From Octopus bimaculoides (lineage: Eukaryota), in the NCBI RefSeq assembly GCF_001194135.2, contig NC_068981.1, forward strand, positions 127,606,093 to 127,670,092: 64,000 nucleotides of DNA. The letters are read 5' to 3'. The stretch's first letter is position 1, and each line of letters opens with the position of its first letter. The notes under the pieces were generated by a model, which saw nothing but the letters and a program-made list of their open reading frames with translations, made no database searches and had not been told where the DNA came from. This document shows, in pieces, positions 12,856-24,780 of this stretch. Both the position numbers and the translations under genes were made by a program.

Positions 12856-12892
12856 CGTATGCATGCATGCATGCATGCATGTATGCATGCAT
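12780..12892. repeat. Compound (TATG)n/(TG)n/(ATGC)n microsatellite
   Basis: Directly visible; abuts the 5' end of the R4-like element. Confidence 0.95.
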
Positions 12893-13497
12893 TACTGTTT
12901 CCTCACCTTGACTTCATGTCATAATTGTAAATGAATGTCAGTGTCCTTTGTTTCCAATCTTCCATGAAAACATGTCTGGTCATGGGGAATATTACCTCAC
13001 ACGGAAGCAGGTGAAGTTTGGTGACAGCAAGGGCATCCAGCTGTAGAAAATCCCCTTTAACAAATTCTGTTTGCTCCATGTAAGTATGGAAAAGTGAACA
13101 TTAAATGATGATGATGATAATAATGCCTATTTTCCTTGTAGGGTTGGTTACGTTATGTAGAGATTATATGCTTTACTCAAAAGCATGCTGTACTGTTTGT
13201 GTCAGATTGAGATCAGTGATGCAGCAAGGCATATTTTGGTTCACCACATAATTTTAAAAACGTAATGTAAGGCTTTTGAAAATCATACTAGGAGTTGTGT
13301 ATCTTGAAAAACAAGTTTGTTACACATAAGTTTGATTAATAAAGCTAGGTATGCAATAATTATTTTTATATTTTTCTAAATTTATAATTTATGCATGATT
13401 AAAAAAATATTGAAAATTATTGGGTGAATGAAAAGAAAAAATCAATTTATAAACATCATCAAAGTCTCTACATAAGAAATGAGATAAATAAATAAAT

Positions 13498-13686
13498 ATA
13501 GGTGCAAGCGTGTCTGTGTGGTAAGAAGGTTACTTCCCAACCACATAGTTCAGGGTTCAGTCCCTCTGTGTGGCACGTTGGGTAAGTGTCTTTTGCTATA
13601 GCTTCAGGCTGACCAAAGTCTTGTGAGTGAATTTGGCAGGTGGAAAATGAAAGAAGCCTGTTGTACATGTACGTGTGTGCCTCTGT

Positions 13687-13727
<41 letters not shown>

Positions 13728-14270
13728 CGCCCGTGTGTGTTTATGTATGTATATATATATGTATGTGTGTTTATGTGTGTGTGTATGTATGTATGTATGT
13801 ATGTATATTTATGTATGTATGTGTGTGTGTTTGTATATGCATGCATTTATGTTTATATATGTATGTATATATGTAAGCTGATGGACTACTGAATACATTT
13901 GGTAGAGTACAAATTTATTATTCTTTAGCAAGAAGTCACTTTCAGTACTATTCTTGTTAAAGAATAATCATCATCATCTACGTATATATATGTATATATC
14001 TGTGTGTATTTGTATTTTATCCTCCTCCATCACTTTACAACTTGTGTTGGGTTTTTTACATCCCCATAACTTAGTAGTTCAGCAAAACAGACTGATAAAA
14101 TAGGTACCAGATTTTTAAAAATATAATAAGCCAACAAAAAATAAGTACTGGTGGGTGGGATGCAATTAATTCAGCTAAAATCCTTTCAATACAGTGACTT
14201 AGTATGGCCACAATCCAATGACTGAAACAAGTAAAACATTAAACATAAATGAATAACATCATCAGACTGT
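13498..14270 (+). mobile_element. tRNA-derived SINE (family D) with expanded internal microsatellite
   Basis: Head gtgtggtaagaaggttacttcccaaccacatagttcagggttcagtcc; (GT)/(TATG) tract ~13670-13875; tail ...agtatggccacaatccaatgactgaaacaagtaaaa. Confidence 0.8.
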
Positions 14271-14501
14271 ATTATCTATATAAGAAATGAGATAAATAAA
14301 CAGATGTGGTTGTGTGGTAAGAAGCTTGCTTCTTGACGACATGGTTCCAGGTTCAGTCCCATTGTGTGACACCTAGAGCAGTGTGACAGCCCATTGTTCA
14401 GTCCCATTGTGTGACAGCCTCGGGCTGATCAAAGCCTTGTGGGTGGATTTGGCAGATAGAAACTGAAAGAAGCCCATTGAATATATATATGTATATATAT
14501 A

Positions 14502-14824
14502 TATATGTAAATATATAAAAACAAAAGGATAAAGAGACCAAAGGTAAGGTTGAAGAATTTTATGGATAGAGTCTTACAGCTGTTTCTGGGAAGATCTAGT
14601 ACTTCCCTTCATCGGAGACAGAAAAAATAAAGTTATCTATTATTATATCCATAGGCGGATATAATATCCGCCTATGGATATAATAATAGATAACTTTATT
14701 TTTTCTGTCTCCGATGAAGGGAAGTACTGGATCTTCCCAGAAACAGCTGTAAGACTCTATCCATAAAATTCTTCAACCATACCTTTGCTCTCTTTATCCT
14801 TTTGTTTTTATATATTTACATATA
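14502..14824. repeat. 323-bp near-perfect inverted repeat (161-bp arms, 1-nt spacer at 14663)
   Basis: Arms 14502-14662 and 14664-14824 are reverse complements, with 3 mismatches counted by eye. Confidence 0.97.
14707..14755 (+). ncRNA. Minimal type I hammerhead-ribozyme-like motif (mirror copy on the - strand at 14571-14619)
   Basis: gtct-CCGATGA-a-GGGAAG(tactggat)CTTCCC-a-GAAAC-agct-GTA-agac: 4-bp stem I, 6-bp stem II, palindromic stem III (ACAGCTGT), GUA triplet; core U4 is replaced by C. Confidence 0.65.
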
Positions 14825-15738
14825 CACACGCTAATACACGACTTATAATACCCAATCCTGTTCATACAACGATTGGGGCAAACTAATCGGTATACAGCAC
14901 TTACTCGGTATTACCTGTATCCTCCGGGGTTTGGTTAAATCCAATACCCTCCTCAACCTTATATGTATATATATATATATCTATATGTGTCTTTGTATTT
15001 CTGTTTGTCACCCCACTACTACTTGACAACCGGTGTTGGTGTGTTTGCTTCCCTGTAACCTAGCAATTTGGCAAAAGAATAGGAACCAGGCTTAAAAAAA
15101 TAAGTACTAGGGTTGATTCATTCAACCAAAACTTCAAGGCGGTGCCCCAGCATGGCCACAGTCTAATGACTGAAACAAGTAAGATAAAAGATTAAAAAAA
15201 AAAAAAAACCGTTATTCACATAGTGAAACAATGCCATCATGACTGAAGTTAGAGAAATCAAAGTGAATGAATGTTCTGGATGACTGAATTAACAGGATGT
15301 TGGCTTACTAACGGAAGGGTTGACATTTCATGCCTTTTTACTGGTGCTGTCCTGTGCTGTAGTATGTTTGTGATAAATATTTGGAATTCTTATCATGAGA
15401 AAGTAATTTCATTCTTGCTAATGGTAGGAACATTGTATTATAAACAATTGCTTTTGTCAGCTGGCATTGCTAAACACAAATCCTAGGAAAATGTGTGATC
15501 ACTTCATGTCCTAATTATTGTGGAAAGCATCTTTTAATTGAAAGAAGTTGTTGTTTAACCTCTGGTTAATTCTGAATGAGCTGACCTGTGGTCAAAAACA
15601 TTCACGTTGTGACCATCCCATCTTATTGTCTATCAGAGGCTATATTGCTCACTGTGTCCATACATTTTTGAGATAGCAGGGTGTGATTTGAGGGTAAATT
15701 TGACTGTTCTTTCTAGCAAATTGAGTAACTGTGTAGAG

Positions 15739-16291
15739 CAGTGGTTCTCAACTATTTTTTGCCTATGCACTCCTTTGATTACTATTTTATTCTGGTGGAC
15801 ACCCATTGCCACTTGTAATTCAAAACCGAATATTATAGATGCTTCTTTCAAAATTCCTATTTCATTTTTCACACATTAATCCTTTAGCATTCAGATTACC
15901 CTATCAAAATGTAATGCTTATTTACTCACATTGTTTTGAATTAATCATATTAATCTTGTAGCTTCAAGATTAATATAATGTGGTTGTTTATTTTTAGATT
16001 GACTTTGTAGGGTAGGTGTAAGAGGCCTGATCTGGCTGGTTGGAATATAAAACAGGTAGAATATTTTGGCTGGATGTGGCCAGTTTAAATGCTAAAGGGT
16101 TAATTTGTGTAGGTTGAACTGTGTTAAACCTTAAAGAAGGAAACCTAGCTGTTTCTTGCAATAAATACATCCAAAGTAACATTTTTTCATAGACCTTAAA
16201 ATACTACTGTGGATCTGTAGTTGACTATTTTGATCAGTAATTAACTATTTTGCATCAAAAGTCTTACATGGACCCCTGTTGCGAACCAGTG
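15739..16291. mobile_element. hAT-type MITE interrupted by a piggyBac-type MITE
   Basis: TIRs cagtggttctcaac / gttgcgaaccagtg; body homologous to 20163-20513. Confidence 0.8.
15880..16099. mobile_element. piggyBac-type MITE (family P1), 220 bp, TTAA TSD
   Basis: TTAA at 15876-15879 and 16100-16103; TIRs tcctttagcatt / aatgctaaaggg. Related copies at ~21854-22078, ~59040-59100 (partial), ~63345-63572 and ~63700-63815 (partial). Confidence 0.88.
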
Positions 16292-16384
16292 ATGTTTAAA
16301 AGTCGTGATGGTAAGTAATTGTTCCTGTTTCCGAAATATATATTAGAACTGATAGTAGTTTTATAGTATATTATTCAGTATCAA

Positions 16385-16590
16385 GGCAGTGAGTTGGCAG
16401 AACCATTAGCACGCCGGTCAAAATGCTTAGCGATATTTCATCCATCTTTACATTCTGAGTTCAAATTCCACCAAGGTTGACTCTCCCTTTCATCCTTTCG
16501 GGGTTGATAAAATAAGTAGTAGTCAAGAAGTATTGGAGTTGATGTAATCAACTTGGTTTTTTAATCAAAAATTGAGGCCTTATGCCTATG
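16385..16590 (+). mobile_element. Family M SINE
   Basis: ggcagtgagttggcagaacc...gagttcaaattccaccaaggttgact...catcctttcggggttgataaaataagta. Further copies at ~18080-18290 (+), 41885-42110 (+), 44125-44342 (-), 49775-50000 (+), 54518-54735 (+), 55468-55695 (+). Confidence 0.85.
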
Positions 16591-17239
16591 GCAAAACAAA
16601 TTATTCAATTTTGAGTTAATATCCTACTGAAATTGATACTAAATCTTTGTACAGATACAATATGTTTTCTGGCGCTTTTGGTTCCAAAGCCTATCTAGAT
16701 TATTGATTTTTCCAAATAAGAAGTGGTTTCCTTCAACAAATTCCAAATGAAACAAATATTTAGTTTACTTAAATATTTAAATGGAATACAGGTACCTGTG
16801 CATTAGTATAAATGATATAAGTTTAATACTGTACTGTGCAGTAAACTAGTCTGATGGCTGCAGGAATTTGAAGTTCCTGCTTGTAAATTTGTGTGGATTA
16901 TGAGAGTTTCCGAATCATCTGTGTCTGGAAAGTAGGTGGTATACCTGTATATATTACTTTGAGTTTGAATGCTTTATAAAAGTAGTTCTCAGCCTTTGGG
17001 ATGCAACCTTGACTGAGCCATTGTTTAATTCAGACAAGATTGCAGAGATAAAATCTTTTACTTTTGAAATATTTGATAAAATGTAAAATTTTTATGGATA
17101 TGTTATACAACATTCCATTAGTATAAGAGCTGAAACAATCCATTTACTGCAAACAAAACTGGAACAATATTTCCCCAAGAAATGTATCAAAATGTTAATG
17201 CATTACATTTTTGGAAAAGTGTTTATTATTTGGTTATGT

Positions 17240-17580
17240 TGTTAAAAAGTTCACTCTGCAACCACATGGTTTTGGGTTTAGTCCCACTGTGTGGAACTTT
17301 GGAAAAGTGTCTTCTGCTTAAGCCCTGGGCCGACCAATGCTTTGTGAGTAAACTTAGTAGACAGAAACTGCATGGAAGCCTGTTGCATGCATGTGTATGC
17401 GTGTGTGTGTCTTTGAGTTTGTTTTTGTGCCCTCACCACTTGACAACTGGTGTTGATTTGTTTACATCCATGTCACTAGGATCAGTGAAAGTAACTGCTG
17501 GAATAAGTACCAGACTTAAAGATAAGTGTGAGGGTTGATTTATTTGACTAAACCCTTTGAAGTGGTGCCCCAGCATGGCC
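17240..17580 (+). mobile_element. Family D SINE truncated at the 3' end by a duplicated segment
   Basis: Stops at ccagcatggcc, where other copies continue with gcagtcaaatgactgaaac. Confidence 0.8.
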
Positions 17581-17845
17581 AGTGTTTGTCTAAACTGTGT
17601 GTCATTCAATCTGTTGTTTATCTTTCATATGCTAAGTACAGGACATATTGCACTTGAAACGTGTTCACACACTCATGTGAACATATACACTTAACATGGA
17701 CAGATTACTTTTGATGCATTTTTACATGTAATTATAAACTGTTACATAGTTTGTACTGAGGGAACTTTTGGAGAGCAAGTTGTTAAGATCATCATCATAA
17801 TTGTTAGGTTAGTAATGGATTGGCAAGAATCGTTTTCAAATAAAA
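17581..17845 (+). repeat. Direct repeat copy 1 of a non-repetitive-looking segment (copy 2 at 21097-21346)
   Basis: Appears identical over 250 bp apart from a 15-bp indel (tgttaggttagtaat). Confidence 0.95.
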
Positions 17846-19504
17846 TTGAAACAAATAAAAGAGAAGATAAGAGAAATGTTAAAGAAAGGGTCTTAAATTG
17901 AGCTAGGGAAATGGATGGAGTTTTCACTATTGTAAAATAAAACCTTCTATAGCTGTGATCCCCACCCTTTTTTTTTTTGTACCATGGACTGGTTTCATGC
18001 AAAACAGTGTTTCCATGAACTGGGGGATCATGTGCATAACAAAACACAATAAAATGCATAATATATAATTAATTGTAAGACGGCAAGCTGGCAAAAACAA
18101 CACGTTGAGCAAAATGCTTGTCAGCATTTCGTCTGTCTTCATGTTCCAAGTTCAAATGCCATTGAGGTTGACTTTGCCTTTTATCATTTCTTGGTCAGTA
18201 AAATAAGTACCAGTTGAGTACTGGGGTTGATGTAACTGATTTACCCCCTTCCCCAACATTGTTGGCCTTGTGCCAAAATTTAAAGCCAACGTATAATTAA
18301 TTATTACATAGATGAATATAAAACAAATGATAGAGATAGAAAATGGAATACACGGGAAGCTTTATTGCTCACAACAATTGTTTTGACACATTGTGCGTCG
18401 ATCCATTGCAGGTGGGAAACTATACAACTAGTTGTGGTGCATCCCTTGCTGCAGAAGTACCTCGTCAGGTGATGTAATAAGAGGTATCTTGTTAAATGAA
18501 CTCTGTTGTGCTTGGATTTAATGCAGTATGTTGTTAGTGACCATGGGCTTAAGTTGTTGCAAAGGAATGGCCAGGGACAAATTTCTGTTGGAAAAATGTG
18601 AATGTGCTTTATTGGCCTACTACGAGGAACATACCCTACACTTAAATATACATATGTATACATATATCTATACATATAAATTTGATATGGGCAATTCTTT
18701 CTTGTCTTGGAATTCATGGTCAAACGGCTGGGTGGAATTGTGCGAAAATTTACACAGATGTGTAGAATGATCCGGTGGTGTTGCTGGGCTTTGTATTTTT
18801 TTTATAGCTCCCATGGTCACCGAGAAATCTACTATAATAATGCTCTTGTGTTTATGAATGAGAAAGGAAGGGGTGATAGATGAATAAATCAAACAGCGTT
18901 TCAACTCTGTGTGAATGTATGTGTGTGTATGTAAAATGGGTGGGGTTTGTGAATGTGTGTGTGTGTGTGTGTGTGTGCGCGCGCACAATGGAAGTGGGAT
19001 GGTTCATCTTTGTTCGCTTAGTATTTGGGTTTATTTTTTGATTTGGTTGAATCTCAGTTGTTTCTTTTTTGTTGGTCAGTTATTTTTAGCGTTTTGACTG
19101 AAAAAAGTCATTCTAAGATTATTTTTTAATGTAAGCATGCCCGAACAAGTCCAATGCTTAGACAGAGCAGGTTTTACAGCCACATCATCCAAACCGACTG
19201 GGTGAAACTGGGCTTAGCTGCTAGTATATAAATAAAACAGAAAAATTCAAAAGTTCTCCAAGGCAGTGTCCTAACATGGCTGCAGTCTAATGACTGAAGC
19301 AAGTAAAACGTAAAAGATAAAGATATAATGCAGAAAGACCCTGCAGACTGTGATAGTCAATAAAATAGAAATAAAATTGAGAAAATTTATTCTTTCTGTG
19401 CAGCCCAACATCAAATGATCCATGGCCTGTTATTAGTCTGCGACCCAATGGTTAGCAACCCTGATCTATATAAGCTGTCTTTTACTTTCATTTAATTGGG
19501 ATTG

Positions 19505-19894
19505 GTGGAGGCGCAATGGCCCAGTGGTTAGGGCAGCAGACTTGCGGTCATAAGATCGCGGTTTCAATTCCCAGATTGGGCGTTGTGAGTGTTTATTGAG
19601 CGAAAACACCTAAAGCGCCACGAGGCTCCGTCAGGGGATGGTGGCGAACCCTGCTGTACTCTTTCACCACAACTTTCTCTCATTCTTACTTCCTGTTTCT
19701 GTTGTGCCTGTAATTCAAAGGGTCAGCCTTGTCACACTGTGTCACGCTGAATATCCCCAAGAACTACGTTAAGGGTACACGTATCTGTGGAGTGCTCAGC
19801 CACTTGCGCGTTAATTTCACGAGCAGGCTGTTCCGTTGATCGGATCAACTGGAACCCTCGACGTCGTAAGTGACGGAGTGCCAACAACAACAAC
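19505..19894 (+). mobile_element. tRNA-derived SINE (family B), 390 bp, (CAA)n tail, 10-bp TSD
   Basis: A box tggcccagtggttagg and B-box-like ggtttcaattcc; TSD attgggattg at 19495-19504 and 19895-19904; 3' hairpin at 19830-19855. Confidence 0.92.
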
Positions 19895-20162
19895 ATTGGG
19901 ATTGATAAAATAAACATCTGCTGTATATGGAAGTTGATTCAATCAATTATATACTTCCATTCTTCCTTATAAATATTAACGATCTTCTATTAATCTTATG
20001 TCTTGTCAAAAGTTATTGATAATTTTAAAAAAATACTTTATAATGGAACAAATGTATGAGTAGGTATTGAAGTATGGCAGTAAGTTAGATATGAATTGGC
20101 TTCAAAAATTGATCTTGATTCTGAATTTGGGATTTTTCACAGTATGTACTAATGCTTTGAAG

Positions 20163-20513
20163 CAGGGGTTCTCAGCCATTTTTTAAAAATCTACAGCCCC
20201 CTTTTATTACTATTTTATTCTGGTGGACTCCATTATCCATTCAGTGTTCAAAAACTAGTTTTGTAGAAACTTCTTTTCAAATTCCTATTTTGTTTTTCAT
20301 ACATTAACTTGTGTAGGTTGAATTATGTAAAATGTTATAGAAAGAAGCCTAGCTGTTTCTTGTAATACATACCAATAAATAGATTTAAAGCAAAATTTTC
20401 TCAGGGGCCCTTAAAATGCTATTGTTGATTCCTAATTTACTATTTTGTTGTGTGGACCTCCAAAATCTTATATGGATACTCAGGGCCATATGGATCCTGG
20501 CTGAGAATCACTG
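20163..20513. mobile_element. hAT-type MITE, 351 bp, 8-bp TSD
   Basis: TIRs caggggttctcagcca / tggctgagaatcactg; flanks ctttgaag and ctttaaag (7/8 match). Confidence 0.88.
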
Positions 20514-22338
20514 CTTTAAAGGAAAAGTATATATCTTACAGTATCCCTTTTTTCTTGTTCCCTGGTATATGAAAGAAACATTTCTATGTAAAGAAATTGT
20601 TATTTTTAACATAGGTAGTGTCAGATGTTGTGTGTTGCTAAATTCTCAACGGAGTCCTCAATTGGATTTCAGTGATCTACTTAAACTGTTTGAGTTGTTT
20701 TCAAATGCCATCTGGGAGATGTTTTCTGTCCCTTACTCTCTAGTTTTCTTTTGAAGACTTCAAAATTACATCAGACATGTCTGGGCCTGATTTCTAGCTG
20801 GAACTCCTCCACATATCTTACTAATGCATCTGTGAAAGGCATGAAAGTTACAACTTCCTGTTTTCATTAGAAAGGACGATGGTGAATCCATTAAATTTGT
20901 AGAGAAAACTTGATTTTGTTCTGATCACATGGCAGCTGCTTTCTTTTGTAATGAAATCAATTGCACTATATTGATTTCCCCGATGTTTGTACGAGAATAT
21001 AAATATGATTTTCCTATCAGTTAGTTGCTTTAGTTGTTCCTTAGTAGGGAAGCACAGCTTGTTGCTGTAATTAACAAGAGGTATTATACAATGGCAAGTG
21101 TTTGTCTAAACTGTGTGTCATTCAATCTGTTGTTTATCTTTCATATGCTAAGTACAGGACATATTGCACTTGAAACGTGTTCACACACTCATGTGAACAT
21201 ATACACTTAACATGGACAGATTACTTTTGATGCATTTTTACATGTAATTATAAACTGTTACATAGTTTGTACTGAGGGAACTTTTGGAGAGCAAGTTGTT
21301 AAGATCATCATCATAATGGATTGGCAAGAATCGTTTTCAAATAAAAACTGAAGAGTAGTACATTGCATATCTACTTCATCTCACAACTCTACATTATACA
21401 CCTATCTTGTCAAATTTATTTCCAAGTTGTCATGATGCTCACTTGAGGGCACTAGTATTGTGCTCTATTCAAAGGTATTTAACTCTCAACAGCCTAGTCC
21501 ATTTGTTGTAAGTACAAACCATAGTGAGACAGTGTTTGATGCTGTAGATAACCAAGTGCTCTACTCAATTTACAAGTGTTTCATTGACTTGGAATACTTA
21601 GTTGAAATTCTCATAAGGTCAGACTGCCTGGTCAGAATCAATACATTAGTTTCAGCACTAAGCAGTGATGAGGAATAAACTAACTTTAGGTGTAAGTGTC
21701 CATGGCCTGGTTTCAATTCTTGGTTGATTTATTTTTCTTGACTTACTCATTGCACCTGCTAATCTGACCATATTCATTAGCTTGCATAGGAATCAGTCCT
21801 GCCAGATTGTCTTCAGTGGTGATTGTGGGACATTTTCATTTATTTTCCTTCATCCCTTTAATATTTAAACTGGCCATATCCGGCCAAAATATTCTACTTG
21901 TTTTATGTTCAAACAGGTCAGATCTGGCATCTCACACTTACCTAACAATGTCATTCTAAAAATAAACTACCACATCATCAAAATCTTGAAGCTATGAGAA
22001 AATGCATGATTAATTTTTAAAAAATGTGACTAAATAAGCATTACATTTAACAGAATGATCTGAACACTACTATGTTTTAATGTAGTTCTTAAGGGCAGGC
22101 ATTTAGTGTTTATTGAATCTAGTTGTCTCTTATTTTAATTATAGATCTTAAAGAGCTCAAATTTGTCCTTGTGCCTCCACATGACCACTACAATAAGAAT
22201 AATCTTTCAATTGGTGGCTTCTTTCTCTTCAAAAACAGAAGAAATTTATATTTTCATTATAATTAACAGCAAAATTAATATATGGATTTTTTTTTCTTTT
22301 TTTCTTTTAAAATTTTAACTTACTGAATTATATTTTAA

Positions 22339-22554
22339 CCCTTTTGTTCCCATATTTCTATTGAAATATGACTTACTTAATTTCAATTAATTTTGAAAAT
22401 AATGAAAAATTTAGTATATAACCTTGTTATTATTAAGCCGGTGTTTGGAACATAATATGAATTTTCATGGAAAGTTTAAATTTAGATTACTTAAAAACGA
22501 GAAGTGGAAATCATAGAACCAGAAACAATCTCAAGTGGGTTGGTATTAAAAAAG
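22339..22554. mobile_element. piggyBac-type MITE (family P2)
   Basis: TTAA on both sides; homologous to 28483-28702. Confidence 0.8.
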
Positions 22555-22669
22555 TTAAACACTTTGAACTGGCATACACTTGGTTGTCAAAGGGTTCTCT
22601 TGTTCTTGGAAGAAAACAATTTGGATTTCTGCGAATTGTCTGTTTATCAAGGATCTTGATTCATCCTCC

Positions 22670-23261
22670 TCCTCCTCATCATCGTTTAACATCTGACTTT
22701 CATGCATGTGTGGATAGGATGGTTGATAGGAGCTAGATAGGTAGAAGACTACCCCAGGCTACTGTGTCTGTTTTGGCTGGGATTTTACGGCTGGATGCCC
22801 TTCCAAATGTCAACCACTTCACAGTGTGGACTGGATGCTTTTTAAGTGGCACCAGCACTAGCAAGGTCACCAAGTAACTTGCAAGACAATTAACAATGTC
22901 ACCAAGTAACTTGCAAGATAAAGAATTTTGAGAGGGGTGGGGGCATTGGAGGAGGGGATCTTGTGTCAGATGATGAAAGGTTAGAATGTGACAGAGAAAT
23001 AGAGAAGCAGAAACAGGTGTCTTGCTATAGAGGAGGTACATGGTTACCAGACGAGAAAGAGAAGGAGAGGAATAGAGAGGGAGAGAGAATGAGAGGAAGA
23101 GAGAGAGGTGCAAGAATGAGGTACATGAGAGAGGAAGAGAGAGAGGTACAAGAATGAGGTACATGAGAGAGGAAGAGAGAGAGAGAGAGAGAGGTACAAG
23201 AATGAGAAACAGGTGTGCTGATGTAAAGGAGATACTAGGTTACCTAGCCAGAGGGAAAAGC

Positions 23262-23312
<51 letters not shown>

Positions 23313-24260
23313 TCAAGAATGAGGGCAGAAACAGGTGTGCTGCTGTAGAGGGGATACATGGCTACCCAGCCAGAGGGAAGAGCAAGGGAAAGAGATAGTG
23401 GGAAACAGTAAAAGTGCAAGAGAGAGCAGGTGAGAGATGGTGGCGAAGTGCTTGGATATACTCACAAGTAACAAGAATCAGGGCATAGATGTGATGGTAG
23501 AGTAAGGAAGAGAAAGATAAATGGTGGCAGTTACCAGGGCATGCCCTCAAGGTACGGAGGTCATGATATATGTGTTCAAGTATTGCCCAGAATGTGTGAA
23601 CAGGGAGTGAGGATTGCAGTGACTGGCAAAAACCTAGGTATAAAGATGGGGTGGGGGAGAGCAGCAATACAGTGAGCAGGGCAGTGAGAGCAGGGAAGGG
23701 CAGCGGGAGACAATCATAGTGTATGAAGAAGAAATGTGAGGAAGAAAAGGATGCAGTTTAGAAGAGGAGATGTAGTTCAGTTTCTTAGGGTAGGGTGTGA
23801 AAAGTTTATTGTTACATGTGGGTGGGATACAACTTCTAGCGCTAAGTTTCACTGATGTGGGCAGGTCTTCTCTAGGACCGCATATCACCAAACATCTCAG
23901 TCCATTGTCATTTCCTCCATGAGTCCTAACATCCTGAGACTGGTCCTCACCACTTCATCCCATGTCTTCCAGGGTCTCCCTCTTCTACACGTACTTCTGT
24001 GTATATAGCTGTCTTTACTCATACGCACCACATGTCCAAACCAATGCATTCTCCTCTCCTGCATGCCACATAATTTCTCTTATGCCTAACTTTTCTCTCA
24101 ACATAGTTGCGCTTTGTTGGCATGCACTCTGATGTTGCAAATCCAATGGAGTATACTACCTTCATTCCTCTCCAGTCTATGCATGTCCTTTGCGTTCATA
24201 GCTCATGTCTCACTACCATGGAGTATAGCCATTCATACGGTTTTCGTATATGAATTTAAT
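22670..24260 (-). mobile_element. Decayed RTE LINE 3' portion with a long CT-rich 3' UTR
   Basis: RT C-terminal relic at ~23890-24260 resembles 37930-38250; (GA)n-rich internal repeats at 22960-23800; tail block at 22670-22900. Confidence 0.7.
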
Positions 24261-24384
24261 TTGACTCGATACAAGGCCAATTTTTTATTAGGAAAAAGTA
24301 GAATTTACTGGATAATCTCAGTATATTATGAGTATTATCTTATTGAATCTGGAGGGATGAAAGGCAGTTGATTTTTGTGTAATG

Positions 24385-24720
24385 CGTATGAGTGTGGTTG
24401 TATGGTTGAAAAGTTTACTTCCCAACTTCATAGTTTCAAGTTCAGTCTCATTTCAAGGACCTTGTGTAACTGTCTTCTACCATAGCCCAAACTAACTAAA
24501 GCCTTGGAATTGAATTTTATATACTGATGGAAACTGATAGAAGCTTGTCATATTATATGTGTATGTGTTTGTATATATTGTGTGAATATGTGTGTTTGTG
24601 TCTCCTTGTCCTGACATTGCATGATAGTTGTAAATGAGTGTCACTATAATACAAACAAGGTCATTCATTTCCAATGTTTTGTGAAAACATATCTAGCTAT
24701 GGGGAAATATTGCCTCTGTT
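24385..24720 (+). mobile_element. Family D-headed SINE with an alternative 3' half
   Basis: Decayed head, then tccttgtcctgacattgc...catttccaat...gaaaacat...tggggaaatatt, which is also seen at ~12895-13000. Confidence 0.6.
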
Positions 24721-24733
24721 TCAATATGTGTTG

Positions 24734-24780
<47 letters not shown>

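Larger units (their letters stand above)
14305..15190 (+). mobile_element. Family D SINE interrupted in its (TA)n tract by a palindromic insert
   Basis: Head 14305-14480 and tail 14990-15190 (cttgacaaccggtgttggtgtg...ccagcatggcc...gactgaaacaagtaa) flank an insert at 14502-14960. Confidence 0.8.

Noticed and set aside
18360-18480. Possible 57-bp plus-strand exon (ttgcAG|GTGGGA...CAG|GTGATG)
   Set aside because: Weak polypyrimidine tract, no recognisable peptide and no partner exons
19505-19580. tRNA-like sequences with A and B boxes (also the heads of families D and M)
   Set aside because: They continue into SINE bodies with tails and TSDs and lack a complete cloverleaf; not tRNA genes
23040-23380. 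Regularly recurring ~35-45-bp motifs separated by variable sequence, faintly CRISPR-like
   Set aside because: Eukaryotic context, (GA)n-derived spacers and no cas genes; internal repeats of an RTE 3' UTR
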